Assembly: GCA_001938485.1 (NCBI GenBank)
Contig: MQRK01215205.1
Span: 1-49,858, forward strand
DNA from: Girardia tigrina
Lineage: Eukaryota
DNA: 49,858 nucleotides
Direction: 5' to 3'
Each line of letters opens with the position of its first letter. The first letter of the stretch is position 1. Under the pieces are notes generated by a model. That model ran no database searches. It was given only the letters and a program-made list of their open reading frames with translations, and was not told the DNA's origin. The translations under genes and the position numbers were made by a program. Below, piece by piece: positions 11,901 through 22,647 of the stretch.

Positions 11901-14900
11901 ATGTCTTTACTTTTACAGCCATTTTTATTAGCTGGGCACGGATGTTCTTGTTCGGCGTTAATGGGTTAAAAGAATTAAAATATTGATCATCCATCTGATT
12001 AGGAGAGGCACAATTCCAAATCAACACACAACATTTAAACATGCAAAAACTACAAAAAACAATTATACACCCCATATTCCTCACAATGAGAATAAATGTG
12101 TGAAAACCCATATTGGTGCTCTTAATACGTATAATTTACAAATCTTTTTTTAAAACATTGAATTCCATATAAACAATTAATTTCTTCAACTTTTGTAGAT
12201 CGTGCCTGAAAGCACATATTAATGGAGCCACTAAACTTCCTGCTACGTGCCCTGAATCAATATGCTCGAGCATCATAACTGATGCAGAAGTGCAGAACGT
12301 ATTTGTTTTTCATTACGCCATACACTCCTTAACAAATTAAAACAGATTTTATCTCCTGATGAGCTACAAATTTATCTAGCAAAATATAATGATATTTCCA
12401 AAAAAGAAATTAAAAAATATTTACATTGTCAAACACCGGATTGCAAATCGTTTTATGAGTTCTCAACCGAAATACCAGAATTTAAATGCTCAAGTTGTAA
12501 GAAAACAAATTGCGTCAAATGTAAAACAGTTCATGAGAACGAAAGTTGTAGAGATTATCAGGCTCGAATGGCAAGAGATGTTACTCAACAGTCAATACAA
12601 GTAAGGTCCACCTTAACAGAGTTAAATGAAAATTGAAATATTTAGAGAAAAATTGCCGAAGGAACGTTAATGAGGTGCGTTGCTTGTAATGCACTTCTTG
12701 AAAAAATCCGTGGCTGTAATTGGGTACAGTGCAAAAAATGTTCATTGGAATTGTGTTGGGTATTGAAAATACCTCGATGGGGCCCAAAAGTAGATTATAA
12801 GAACATTTAGATTGTATAAATAATATTTATACGTATTATTATATAATAATTTTTACTTTTATATTTTAAATTTCTATTAAATATTTCCAGTTATTTTTTG
12901 CAGATTAAAAAATTCAAGTGGATTTTATTCAGTTTATGCTTTAAATTGTATCGTCTATTCGTTTATAGTCGTACTAGGAAAAAGACCCGTCATATATGAC
13001 AAGAGCTGAATTTTCTTCTTTGCAAGTTTCTGTTTTAATTTTAAAATCATAATTATAATTTATTATTTAATTTGAAACAATAAATAATAAATTATAATTA
13101 TTAGGGTGAACCAAAAGTCTTTTCGTATTTTCTACGTCTTTTTGTTCAATTGTTTCTTATTACCAAATAAAGATATTTTATATACATGTGCTATATGTTT
13201 TTAAAGCTCTTGAACTGCTCTATCACAATATATATATATATTAAAACTTCTCATTAGTCATTAATATAATTTTTATGGTCTTTTAGGAAAATCATGGAAA
13301 ATTTTGAAAATCGTGTTCTTTTACGCCATTACTGGAAACATGGCTTAAACGCAACTGCAGCAACAAAGAAGATATGCGAAGTTGAAGGCGATAATGTGGT
13401 CTCAAATCGTACTGCACAAAATTGGTTAAAAAGGTTCATCGAAGGCGACATTGACCTCGGAGACAATGCACGTTCAGGTCGACCTATCACCGTAGATTCC
13501 GGAGCAATTCGTGAAGCCGTCGAGACAAATCCGTCAATAAGTACTCGCAGATTGTCGGCCGAACTCGATATTGCTCAAACATCCATTATACGACACTTTT
13601 ACGCTCTTGGGCAAGGTCAATAGACGTTGTCGAGAAGTGCCTCATGAATTGACACAAATTCAAGCCGAAAAGCGTTTCGAAACTTGTCAAAAATTGCTTG
13701 AAAATCCGCACGATGACCGTTTCATCAGTCGAATTGTAACTTGCGATGAAAAGTGGGTTTACTTCAGTAATCCAGACCAACAAAATCAATGGTTGGACCC
13801 CGGACAAATGGCGAAACCGGTAGCGAAATGAGATCGTTTCTCAAGGAAGGCACTTTTGTGTGTTTGGTTGAATTTCGAAGGCGTGATTAACTTCGAGCTG
13901 GTTCCAAATGGTCGTACCATCGACGCTGACATTTACTGCTCCCAACGTGATCGAATGTATGCGGCACTTGGCGAGAAATACCCCGCTTTGATCAATCGAA
14001 AGCGAGTTCTTCTACAACAGGACAATGCAATACTTTACAGCGTGAATATATATCGTTATATAATAAATTTTAAAATTAAAATTTTTTTAAAAAAAATTAC
14101 TTTTTCTTTATAATTTTAAATTGGAGTTCTTTTAAATGAATAAATTCTTCTTTTTTTTTTAAACCTTTCAGTTTATATATTTTTTTTATTACTTTAAATT
14201 TTAATTTTTACTTTAATATTTATCTATTCTCACTATTTCAGCGAGATTTAACAACTGATTATTCCGAATTTCGGCTTGTTTAAATACTATTGAAGAATAA
14301 ACAGTTTATTCCAAGTCTCGACTTCCGTCATGCAAAACAAATAAACAATTATTACAAAGTCTCGACTTCCGTCGTTCTAACGTCAAAAATAAACTAACTT
14401 TTAAACTTTAAAACTTAAATAACTTATCTTGACTTGTACTTGTTAATTAGTAATGACCTTCTTTTTAAATTAATTATATTTATTTTTTTATTCCTCTTTT
14501 TATCATTTCTTTTTAAATCAATCTAAATTTATTTTTTCTTTTATTTATTTAAAGTTTTCTATTTTCTTTATTTATTTATATAAAAATATAATTTTATACT
14601 TTCTTGTCATAAATATTCCATCTATGAAAAATATAATTATTTAATAATATTTATTAATTTAAAACAAATACATAATAAATTATAAATTTTAGGATATTAC
14701 CTCAACACATTAATTCAAGTTGGAAATGAAGATTGTTTTCTCAACACGTTTTATTTTATTCACAACTTTTGAATTTTTCCATTTTTGTTAACACTTCTCA
14801 TTAAAACAATTTTTTAAGTTAGACACATTTTAACCAAAAAAACACACGAAAACTCACACACATATTGATCGAATCCATAATCAAAATACACAGTCACATT

Positions 14901-17598
14901 CATATGCATACACCAATAAGAAACCAAACACACCCCATTGGTTTATTCAAATCACATTTCTTCCAATTAATTGAAATGCAAGGCAACAAAGTAAGACAAA
15001 GAAATTTTCAAGATCCCAACAACGAATAAACTGCATCATCAATTTTTTTCCACCATAATTAGTTGCAAATTTTATTTATTTAGTCGTTAAAATAAGTTTT
15101 AAGTCAATTAAAAACAAAGACATTGGTAGAAATTAAATGTGTTTTCATTTTTCTTGAGTATGTTGATATTATTAAAAAATTGAGTAATATTAAAATTTAC
15201 AAACAGAAGACATAGAAGAAAGATGGGACGAGCGTGTTAAGATTATAGAACTTACCAAAGATGTGCGGTTTATCTCATGTACTTTAGAGTACAGTGAACT
15301 CTCTCATTAAGTCCACCTCCTATTAAGGCAATAAATTTTTTAACGTATTTTTTTAGTCGTAAAAACGCATAACCCTCCCATAAAAGCTGAAATTCCCATT
15401 AAGACCCTTTTTGTATTATGATTGGATTTATTAATTTCGAAAATCTTTTTACAAAATTCATTTTTAACAAATATTTTTACATTTAATTGTTAATCATGAC
15501 ATGACATTGACATCATGATTTATGGATAGATAAATTCTATATAAGAAACTAAATAAAAGATTTGTAATTTTCTAAATTAAAAATTTGTTTATATTTTCAG
15601 TAATAATTTCAGTAATAATTCAAAACTTAATCCCTCTAACATGAAGCAAAACAAAGTAATAAAGAAACGTTTTATACTTTCTATCTCACAAAAGAAACTT
15701 ATCAAAGCTTATGGAATTAAGCACCCAAAATTAACACAGATCGAAATTGCAAAACATTTTTCAGAATAATTTCATTGTATGGTAGGACGAAAGGTAGTAG
15801 CTCAGATTATTAAAAATGATGGACTAGAAAAATCAATTGAATCAGTTAACAGGAAAAGAGAACTACCTGTTATTAAGAAAGAACTTGAACAAGCTATGCT
15901 TCAGTGGATTAGCATGGCAAATGAGAGGGGCCTCTATACTACAGATCTAATACTACAAGAAAAGGCTTCTCGATTTGCGGAGTTACTGAATTTAACTTGG
16001 TTTAAATCAAGTAAACGATGGATTGCCAAGTTTATAAAACGAAACAATCTTAAATCATATCTTGTGTCAGATGAAATTGCTTCCATTGAGCAGAGTGATA
16101 TTAAAAAAATCAAGAAATTCTTAGAGATAAATTGAAAAAAATTGAGATGCGTGATATTTATAATCTCGATGAAACGGGGTTATTTTTTAGATGCCCACCT
16201 AGTAGAACTATTACCTCACAGCCATGTAAGGGAAGAAAAAATGCAAAAGAAAGAATTACAGTAATGTTCTGTGTTAATAGTGATGGAAGTGATAAAAGAA
16301 AACCTGTTGTGATAGGAAAAAATTTAAATCCCAAATGTTTTAAAAATTTCAATGTTAACTCCTTTGTTCATTACAAAACAAATAGAAAGGCATGGGTCAC
16401 AACTAATGAGTTTCAATCATATGTTCGTGATTTAGATAAAGAAATGAGAAACAAAAGAAGAAAAATTGCATTAACAGTGGATAATGCCCCATCCCACAAA
16501 TGTGACAATCTTACAAATATTTAACTAATTTTTTACTACCTAATATGACTGGTGTTTTACAGCCATTGGATGCAGGCATAATACGATCTTTTAAGGCCCA
16601 TTATATACGAAATTTATTAAGATACCTACTCGATAAATATGATGAAGAAATACATCAATCAGTAAATGACACCAAAAAGCACGACCTGTTCAATTCAATA
16701 ACAGTTAAGGATGCAATTTGTTTTATTAAAAGTTCATGGAATACTGTGACTAAGGAAACACTTGTCAATTGTTGGAAGCATACAGGAATAATAAGTGGAT
16801 TGGAAAAAATTATATCAAATAAAAAAATTTAAATGAAAATGATCTTAATAAATTAGATGACGCAATAAAAGAGTTAAACAGATTATTAGAGTTAGATAGA
16901 TTATTTGGCATATGATTATCTTACTATTAAGGAGGAAAATGAAATTCATGGATCAATTAATGAAGAAGAAATTGTCGATTTAGTTACAAATAAAAATATA
17001 TTCAATGAAGATCAAAGATTACAAATAGAAGCAATTGATAATATAAATTTAAATGCAACAAAGGACTGTGAAGTGATTCAAGATGTTCCAATAACATTTA
17101 AAGAAGCATTCAACGCCTTAGAAATTGTCAAAAATTTTATTTATCAATAACAAACATGTGATGAAAAAGACATCGAAATTTTGGATAACACTGCTAAAAG
17201 AATAAGAAAAGAAAGTTATCGGAAAACAAACTAATCTAGATTGTTGGATTGCTACAAAAAAGAAAAAGAAATCTATGTCAAATTAAAAATAATAAATTTT
17301 TGTAATATATTTTTTGTAATGTTATTTGCTTGTCAAAAAAAATGTAAGAAAAACGCTCATCCCTCCCATTAAGACCAAATTCCTAATAAGGCCATAAATA
17401 CGCGAGTCCCAAATGTGGACTTAATCAGAGGGTTCACTGTACATATATTTATATTGTTTTAATATCAAGTCATCTCGATTTCAAATATTAAATATATTAT
17501 AGGGTCGTGGAGACATTTCTGGGGGCTGTAGATGTGGTGTAAATGGAAAAAAATGTGATCCAAAATGTACATCGAGTTGCATTCCTCACCGATCTTGA
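2712..17598 (+). CDS. RBCK1: HOIL-1/RBCK1-like RBR E3 ubiquitin ligase, 5'-partial; exons 2712-2951, 8753-8940, 12199-12298, 12346-12600, 12646-12789, 17503-17598
   Basis: All junctions are GT-AG with compatible phases. The spliced protein has RING1 (ECKFC..GEGVQLRNCSHYICKSCLK..CP..C), IBR (HCQTPDC..CSSC..NCVKCKTVHE..C) and RING2 ([50 protein letters not shown]). The RWGP.G.GD.SGGCRC.VNG signature is diagnostic of HOIL-1. Confidence 0.9.
3273..4560 (+). mobile_element. Full-length Tc1-family (DD34E-type) DNA transposon, defective
   Basis: TIRs CAGTATGATTCATAAGTCTGTTC... at both ends, TA TSDs. Transposase 3459-4475 is broken by frameshifts but retains GRP, FSDE, FQQD and WPGNSPDANPIENVW. Confidence 0.95.
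4585..5090 (-). mobile_element. Degraded Tc1/mariner-superfamily (rosa-like) transposase fragment
   Basis: Minus-strand remnants LWTDKAHF, NRNCVILSDNNP, PYFFHDTVNNDRYSQML and PSRSPDLSP. Confidence 0.65.
5094..6368 (+). mobile_element. Full-length maT (DD37D-type) transposon, defective
   Basis: Imperfect TIRs CAGG(T/G)TG..AAAAAAACCG..AAATTTGACAATTATTTT, TA TSDs. Transposase 5220-6260 has FTDDK, FQQDGAPSH and WPPCRPDLNVMDYSIW, with a stop at 5433 and frameshifts. Confidence 0.92.
6826..7274 (+). mobile_element. Solo LTR, gypsy family A (slightly 5'-truncated)
   Basis: Closely matches 43556-44018 and ends TCTCTTAACA. Confidence 0.85.
7535..7915 (-). mobile_element. RTE-clade LINE 3' fragment
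   Basis: Minus-strand remnants LFTLDGRYDQEIK, DAAEIWFW, MLISFTSHISN and IKKRQLKFYGTIIRKEGL match the RTE post-RT region. Confidence 0.7.
7945..8446 (+). mobile_element. Solo LTR, gypsy family B (diverged copy)
   Basis: Starts TGTGAGGAATATTTT and aligns along its length to 22282-22741. Confidence 0.85.
8753..8940 (+). CDS. RBCK1: RBCK1-like exon, linker plus N-terminal half of RING1
   Basis: aatag|GAG...TGCAA|gtgagc; EENYRASLEL...FECKFCTLSLGKGEGVQLRNCSHYIC. Confidence 0.9.
9713..10271 (-). mobile_element. Internally deleted cecropia-type mariner spanning an assembly gap
   Basis: Same 5' TIR and UTR as 120-283. Coding remnants are KIMVTVWWCDAGIIHYSFLNPGETITAERYC and FYADGIKQLVSHWQKCIDANGSYFD*. 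No 3' TIR was seen. Confidence 0.88.
10277..10716 (+). pseudogene. SEC22: SEC22 (longin R-SNARE) intronless pseudogene fragment
   Basis: NYQNQAKLLFRKMN..CSIE..FYYLMN*GICC..AFEFL..EFHNKYG..SRPYGFIEVD..(frameshift)..INSNLNGIQRIMVKSMNDVIQRGKSLSALD aligns to SEC22B. In-frame TGA at 10412; both ends are truncated. Confidence 0.88.
10770..12085 (-). mobile_element. Gypsy family A fragment: 5' LTR (12085-11398) plus internally deleted gag
   Basis: LTR TGTGAGGAATATGGGG...TTAACA followed by TGG. ORF 10970-11482 is nearly identical to 43919-44452, and zinc-knuckle remnants lie at 10790-10960. Confidence 0.9.
11743..11965. mobile_element. piggyBac-like MITE inserted in the family A LTR
   Basis: TTAA|CCCATTAATGCCGA...TCGGCGTTAATGGG|TTAA; absent from the other family A LTR copies. 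Confidence 0.85.
12199..12789 (+). CDS. RBCK1: RBCK1-like three-exon block (RING1 end, IBR, RING2) with 47-nt and 45-nt introns
   Basis: Exons 12199-12298, 12346-12600 and 12646-12789 are open and in phase; the catalytic GC(N)W motif is present. Confidence 0.92.
13101..14030 (+). mobile_element. 3'-truncated mariner (DD34D-type)
   Basis: TA|TTAGGGTGAACCAAAAGTC TIR. Transposase from 13294 has RSGRP, EVPHEL, VTCDEKW and QQDNA, with a frameshift and a TGA. Confidence 0.9.
15292..17439 (+). mobile_element. Full-length pogo/Tigger-family transposon, defective
   Basis: TIRs CAGTGAAC(T/C)CTCT(C/G)ATTAAGTCCAC, TA TSDs, subterminal C(C/T)ATTAAG repeats. CENP-B-like transposase ~15641-17230 has YNLDETGLF, VDNAPSH and LQPLDAGII. 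Confidence 0.95.
17503..17598 (+). CDS. RBCK1: RBCK1-like terminal exon
   Basis: tatag|GGT: [31 protein letters not shown]. Confidence 0.9.
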   Translation, partial: [31 protein letters not shown]

Positions 17599-18290
17599 GA
17601 TGTATACTCAAATGTGTCATAGCAGATATCTTATCTTTCCCTATGATATGGCACAGTTGTACTACAATTTGAATATCAATTTTTTTCGATTTCTTAAAAT
17701 TATAGTAGGGCAAATAATTTGTAACAGTCTTTATGAATTGTGAATAAAATAATAATTAATGATTTTGTCTTATTTCTGATACATTTTTGTACGATTATCG
17801 TTGTCACTGAAATACAATTAGAGGTGGTCACGTTTAGCGTTTAAACGACCGTTTAAACGTTTAGCGATTTCTAAACGAGCGTATAATTATTAAGTTTGTA
17901 TTTCAAAACTCACAACACGACTTTTACTTTTTTGAAACTTTAATCAGGCTGCCTTAGACCTATTCATTTGTAAAGAACACATTGTCCCAATCTATTTAGC
18001 TTTTTCGTAGGACTAGAGGTGGACACATTTTGCGTTTAAACGTTTTAAGAAGAAAATTTTTTTCAAGAAAACGATTTTTAAGAAGTTTAAACATTTAGCA
18101 ATTTATAAACGGGCGTATATTTCTTACGTTCGTATTTCTAATTTTCAATAATTAGAATTATAAGTCAACAGAATTGATTATAATGAATGATAGTGTCTCG
18201 GCTATTTTAAAAATATTAGTTCTTATTTTTAAATGGCATTTCTCAATCGTTTAATTAACTCACTAAAATATCTATAAATGAAGTAAAAAT

Positions 18291-20156
18291 AAAATTAAAA
18301 AAATAATTTATTTAAATACACTGAAATCTGAAGAAAATATCTTTTTAAAAAGTAAGTCAAAACGTTTTTGTAATTCTATTCGACAATTCAATGATGATAA
18401 TCTAGTTCTGCTACTGCGTATTGATGAATTCAATTCTTTTCCCAACAGAGTTCTATAATTCCATGGATTATAAATTCAATAATGCTTTTGTTATCTGATC
18501 CAAAATGAAATCTTTAAATTCAAAGATAACCCTGATCTCAGATTCAATAGGAATCAGGGGACTTAATAATAAATCAAGAACTTTTGCAATCTTGCACTAT
18601 GCGTGTCAGATACCTCCTTGAGTATGTATTTAGTGACTAAATGTATTTATTAGTTTATATATTAAATCATTTATATATTTTTTTTACAATTTTAAATATG
18701 TATATGTAAAATTGAATCAAGTGATGTCATATATCATATCTAACATATCATAAATTAATATATTATTTCTAATATTAAGCTTTCGTATTTTCAACATTCC
18801 TTCCTTATTCAACTTTTTTTGATTTGTATTTATTTCATATTTAAAATAAATAAAATTAATATTTAAAATAAATATTTTTTTAAAAAAATATGTACGCATG
18901 TGTACTTGATGAGTTTGTAATTTAACACGAATAATTTTCAATCGATTTTTTAAAGATTTTGTTTATTGTGACTATTCCTCAATAATTTGGAGCTTCTATA
19001 ATTTTTTATTTTGAATTGGTGAATGTATTAATAAATTAGTATTTAAATACATTGTTAAATGAATAAGTTTGCAAAATTTCATGTCACAAACTATAAAAAT
19101 TGCGGCAGATTATTGCTGCATAACAGACCAAATGAGCTAAGGTACATAAAACGCGGTAAATAAATACTCGTTATTTGAAAATTTAAGATAAAATAATTTA
19201 CTGGAATTGATGTTTCGTCTAAATATGTCGCTAATCTAAATATTTATAACAAAATTATTACTATATGTACTAAAGATGAGATTTGCTAAACACAATATTT
19301 CGAAGAATATCCAAATAGAGAAATTAAAAGAAATAAACGGACAAAGTATTGTGAAAATAACTAAAGATTGGCTAACCAATCAAGAAATGAATTTTTATTT
19401 AAAATTTGAAGTACTGTAAAAATTTCACTGACTATGACGCGTCAAGAGAGTCGATATAGAAATAATATACAAATGCCATGAACAGAAAAGCATATAAAAT
19501 AAAAATAAATAGCACGGACTTTCAACAATTTTTCAAAATTTAAGCAATCATAATATGAAGAACGTCTCCCATAAATTGAAAAAAAACAATTACTATAAAA
19601 ATCAAAGAACGATTTCGAAAAAAATTAATCATTTTTCAAATATTCAAAAATCAATGTTAATATTCCAATTTCATTCTCCAACTGTAAGAATTCCTTCTTT
19701 CATTGTTTCGTCATTCAATAACCGAAGTAATATTCTTCATTAATTGAATGAATTATGAAATTGATATTTTATAAATCAATAGAATAATCAGATAAAATAT
19801 ATTGTCATCAGAACTCTATCGGGGAAAGAATTGTAATCATTTGTACGTTTATTTAAATGAAATAAAAAATCATAAAAATACGAACCTTATTTCAAAATAT
19901 TCACTTTCATATGTTTCAATGCATTTTCGAGTTGACAAATACCTAGAAAGATAAAATTAGTTAATAAAAATTACAGTAAGTAAATAATTTATTTTGACAT
20001 ATTTAGTCAGTATAATGAGTTCATCAATGCGCAGTAGCAGAACTGGATTATAATCATTGAATTGTCGAATAGAATTATAAAAACGTTTTGACATACTTTT
20101 TAAAAAGATATTTTCTTTAGATTTCAGTGTATTTAAACAAATTATTTTTTTAATTT
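18291..20156. repeat. Pair of ~140-bp inverted repeats (18291-18432 and 20016-20156)
   Basis: The two arms are reverse complements of each other with only scattered mismatches by eye. Confidence 0.8.
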
Positions 20157-20214
20157 CATTTTCTTTTTATTTTAAAAATATATTCATAAATGAAACGCTT
20201 TTGCAAAATATTTT

Positions 20215-20485
20215 GTGTCATTTGGTAGATACTTTTTTGCTCCTCGAGCAAAACAAAACCTCCATCCCTTCCCAGTCCCACCATACACTCAAAATAGTCT
20301 TTCGAGGATGAAGGTTTTGTTTTGCTCGAGGAGTCGCTTTTTTGTCGGGGCTGAGCCATTCTTTACGCTGCTTTATATAGATGTACAGGCACCATTTTTC
20401 ATCGCCAGTGACGATGCGGTAAAGAAAGCGTTCCTTGTGACCATGTGTTGAGCGATGTCGAGCAAGCAAAAGCATTTGCAACAAT
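20215..20485 (-). mobile_element. mariner transposase fragment
   Basis: FLYRIVTGDEKWCLY..QRKEWLSPDKKATPRAKQNLHPRKTILSVWWDWEG. Confidence 0.85.
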
Positions 20486-20574
20486 AATGCCTTTTTTGAG
20501 GAAACAAAATAAAAGATAAAATAATTTAGAATAATTTAGCTTATATGTTCCCAATTTTAACGACTCCCACATAA

Positions 20575-20850
20575 CAATACTATTCTCCTTATTTTTGACA
20601 GCGCTCGTTGCCACATTAGTAACGTAGTTAAAGAATACCTTCTAAAAAGAAAAATATTATACTTTGTAATTCCTGGTGGCCTAACTGGATGGCTGCCTCC
20701 TAAGCAAAACAACATACAAAGATCGAGTGAATGGCTAGAATCTTCGGGAATTGAACGCCACTACCAATAAAATACTTGGAAAGTGGTTACTTGATAGATG
20801 GAGTTGTATCAACAAAGTAATGATTGAAAAAGGCTTTCATGTGTCTTTTA
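20575..20850 (+). mobile_element. pogo-like DDE transposase fragment
   Basis: ILLIFDSARCHISNVVKEYL..VIPGGLTGWL. Confidence 0.7.
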
Positions 20851-20884
20851 TGAAGCCTGTTCAATATAGTCAAAGATTTAGCTA

Positions 20885-21123
20885 TTTGATTTTAATTATT
20901 TAAAAATTTACAAAAATAAAATCAATAAAATTATTTAAAAGTTGCAATAATAAAAATTAAAAATTTGAATATTAAATCTAAATTTAAATAAATTAGTTTC
21001 AGATTATAAGAATTAAAATATTGATCATCCATCTGATTAGGAGAGGCACAATCCCAAATCAACACACAACATTTAAACATGCAAACACTACAAAAAACAA
21101 TTACACACCCCATATTCCTCACA
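20885..21123 (-). mobile_element. Partial family A LTR (5' half)
   Basis: Reverse complement of the first ~240 bp of the 43556 LTR. Confidence 0.85.
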
Positions 21124-21149
21124 AAAACGATAATAGAAATAGTTTTATA

Positions 21150-21700
21150 TTTGACAGAGAAAAGGCAGTTACTATCGATGGAAGAGATTTTATAATGATT
21201 TTATAATTTTTTTTATTTATTTAGTGAGGAACATAATATTGTATTTGGGGTGGTTGAATTTATTAGACGATTTAACTTAGTCAATTGCAGAATGATTGTG
21301 AATGGGACATTTAAGACTTCGTCCTCTCAGTTCTATCAGCTTTTAATAATACATATTCTGAGAGGTGAAGACAGCTTTCCAATTCTATTGTTTCTTAAAT
21401 AATGAGAATCAACAAACATATTCAACGATAATTTTTAAAAAATTACACAAAAATTAGAAGAGCTAAGAATACAAATAAGACCAGAAACAATCCATATTGA
21501 TTTTGAGGCAGCATTATTTAATGCTCTTTGAACCAATTTTCCATTAGCTGAGATGAAAGGGTGTTACTTTCATTTTGCACAAGCAGTATGGAGGAAATGC
21601 ATGGAATTTGGTTTTAAACCTTTATATTTTAAGAACGATCGTTCCAAAAGAATTATTAATTATACATGCGCTTTTCCTTTGGTAACTTAATCCAAGTCGC
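21150..21700 (+). mobile_element. MULE/Mutator transposase fragment
   Basis: VNGTFKTSSSQFYQLLIIHI ... PETIHIDFEAALFNAL ... KGCYFHFAQAVWRK. Confidence 0.85.
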
Positions 21701-22647
21701 ATGGTCCATAGTATTGGAAATTAGAAATAGTATTTGTTGGGTTCTTGATCGAGATTAAGACTCATTTACACCAAAATTTTATTTATAACACAATTAACAA
21801 TTATTCAAACAATTTTTAGTTAACAATTTTTTAATAACAATTGTTTGTTGAGGAACTTTTCTCCGTTTTCTTTTTAACCAGATTCCTATATAAAAATATG
21901 AAATTATAAATACTGATAAGTTATTTTAAAATTGAAATTTTTTATTCTATTTATTTTTGAAAATTTACATACCACTATTTTATACAATTTAATTTAAATT
22001 AAAACCAACATAATTTGTAGTCATATTTTTACTAATTTAACCGAAATGATTTTTTGTTATTTTAGAATTAGTTTAATGTTATTTTCTTTTATTTGGGAAA
22101 AGTTTTTTAATTAATCAAGATATTAACGTTTTATTTATTATCAATATTTCACTTTAAAAGCATTTTTACCTACAATTATTTTAAATACAATACAAATTTT
22201 AAATACAATATAAATACAAAAAATAATTTATAATATTCAAATTTTTATTAATAGAATAACTTTTAAAATTAGTACAAACATTGTGAGGAATATTTTAATT
22301 TGTTTGAATGTGTAAATTTATGGACGTGGTATGTTGATTTAAGTATGTTGAATTTAGAATGGTGATTCTCCCACCTAGATGGAAATCGGTATTTTTTATT
22401 TAAATTTAAAGTGATTGACTATTCAAACACAATTAAAATTAAGTTTAATATTTTTTAGTAAAATTTAAATTAAATGCATTTTTAATAATTTGATGACATT
22501 TTTATTATTTTAAGAGTTATTGAAAAATGGTAAAAATTATTATTTTTTAATTAATATTTTTAGAGGCTAAATATTTAAAAAAATAATTTAGAAAAATTGT
22601 TTGAATAATCATGATTAAAAAGAGAAATAAGAAAATCAATTAGAAGG

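Noticed and set aside
12973-13005. ACTAGGAAAAAGACCCGTCATATATGAC, Helitron/Helentron-like end
   Set aside because: Too short, and the other end was not identified.
14295-14375. Two direct copies of AAGTCTCGACTTCCGTC about 44 bp apart
   Set aside because: Only two units in eukaryotic DNA; not CRISPR-like and probably internal to an unclassified repeat.
14440-14956. Possible fourth LTR family on the minus strand (TGTGA start, GGGGTGTG)
   Set aside because: No second copy, TSD or internal sequence to confirm it.
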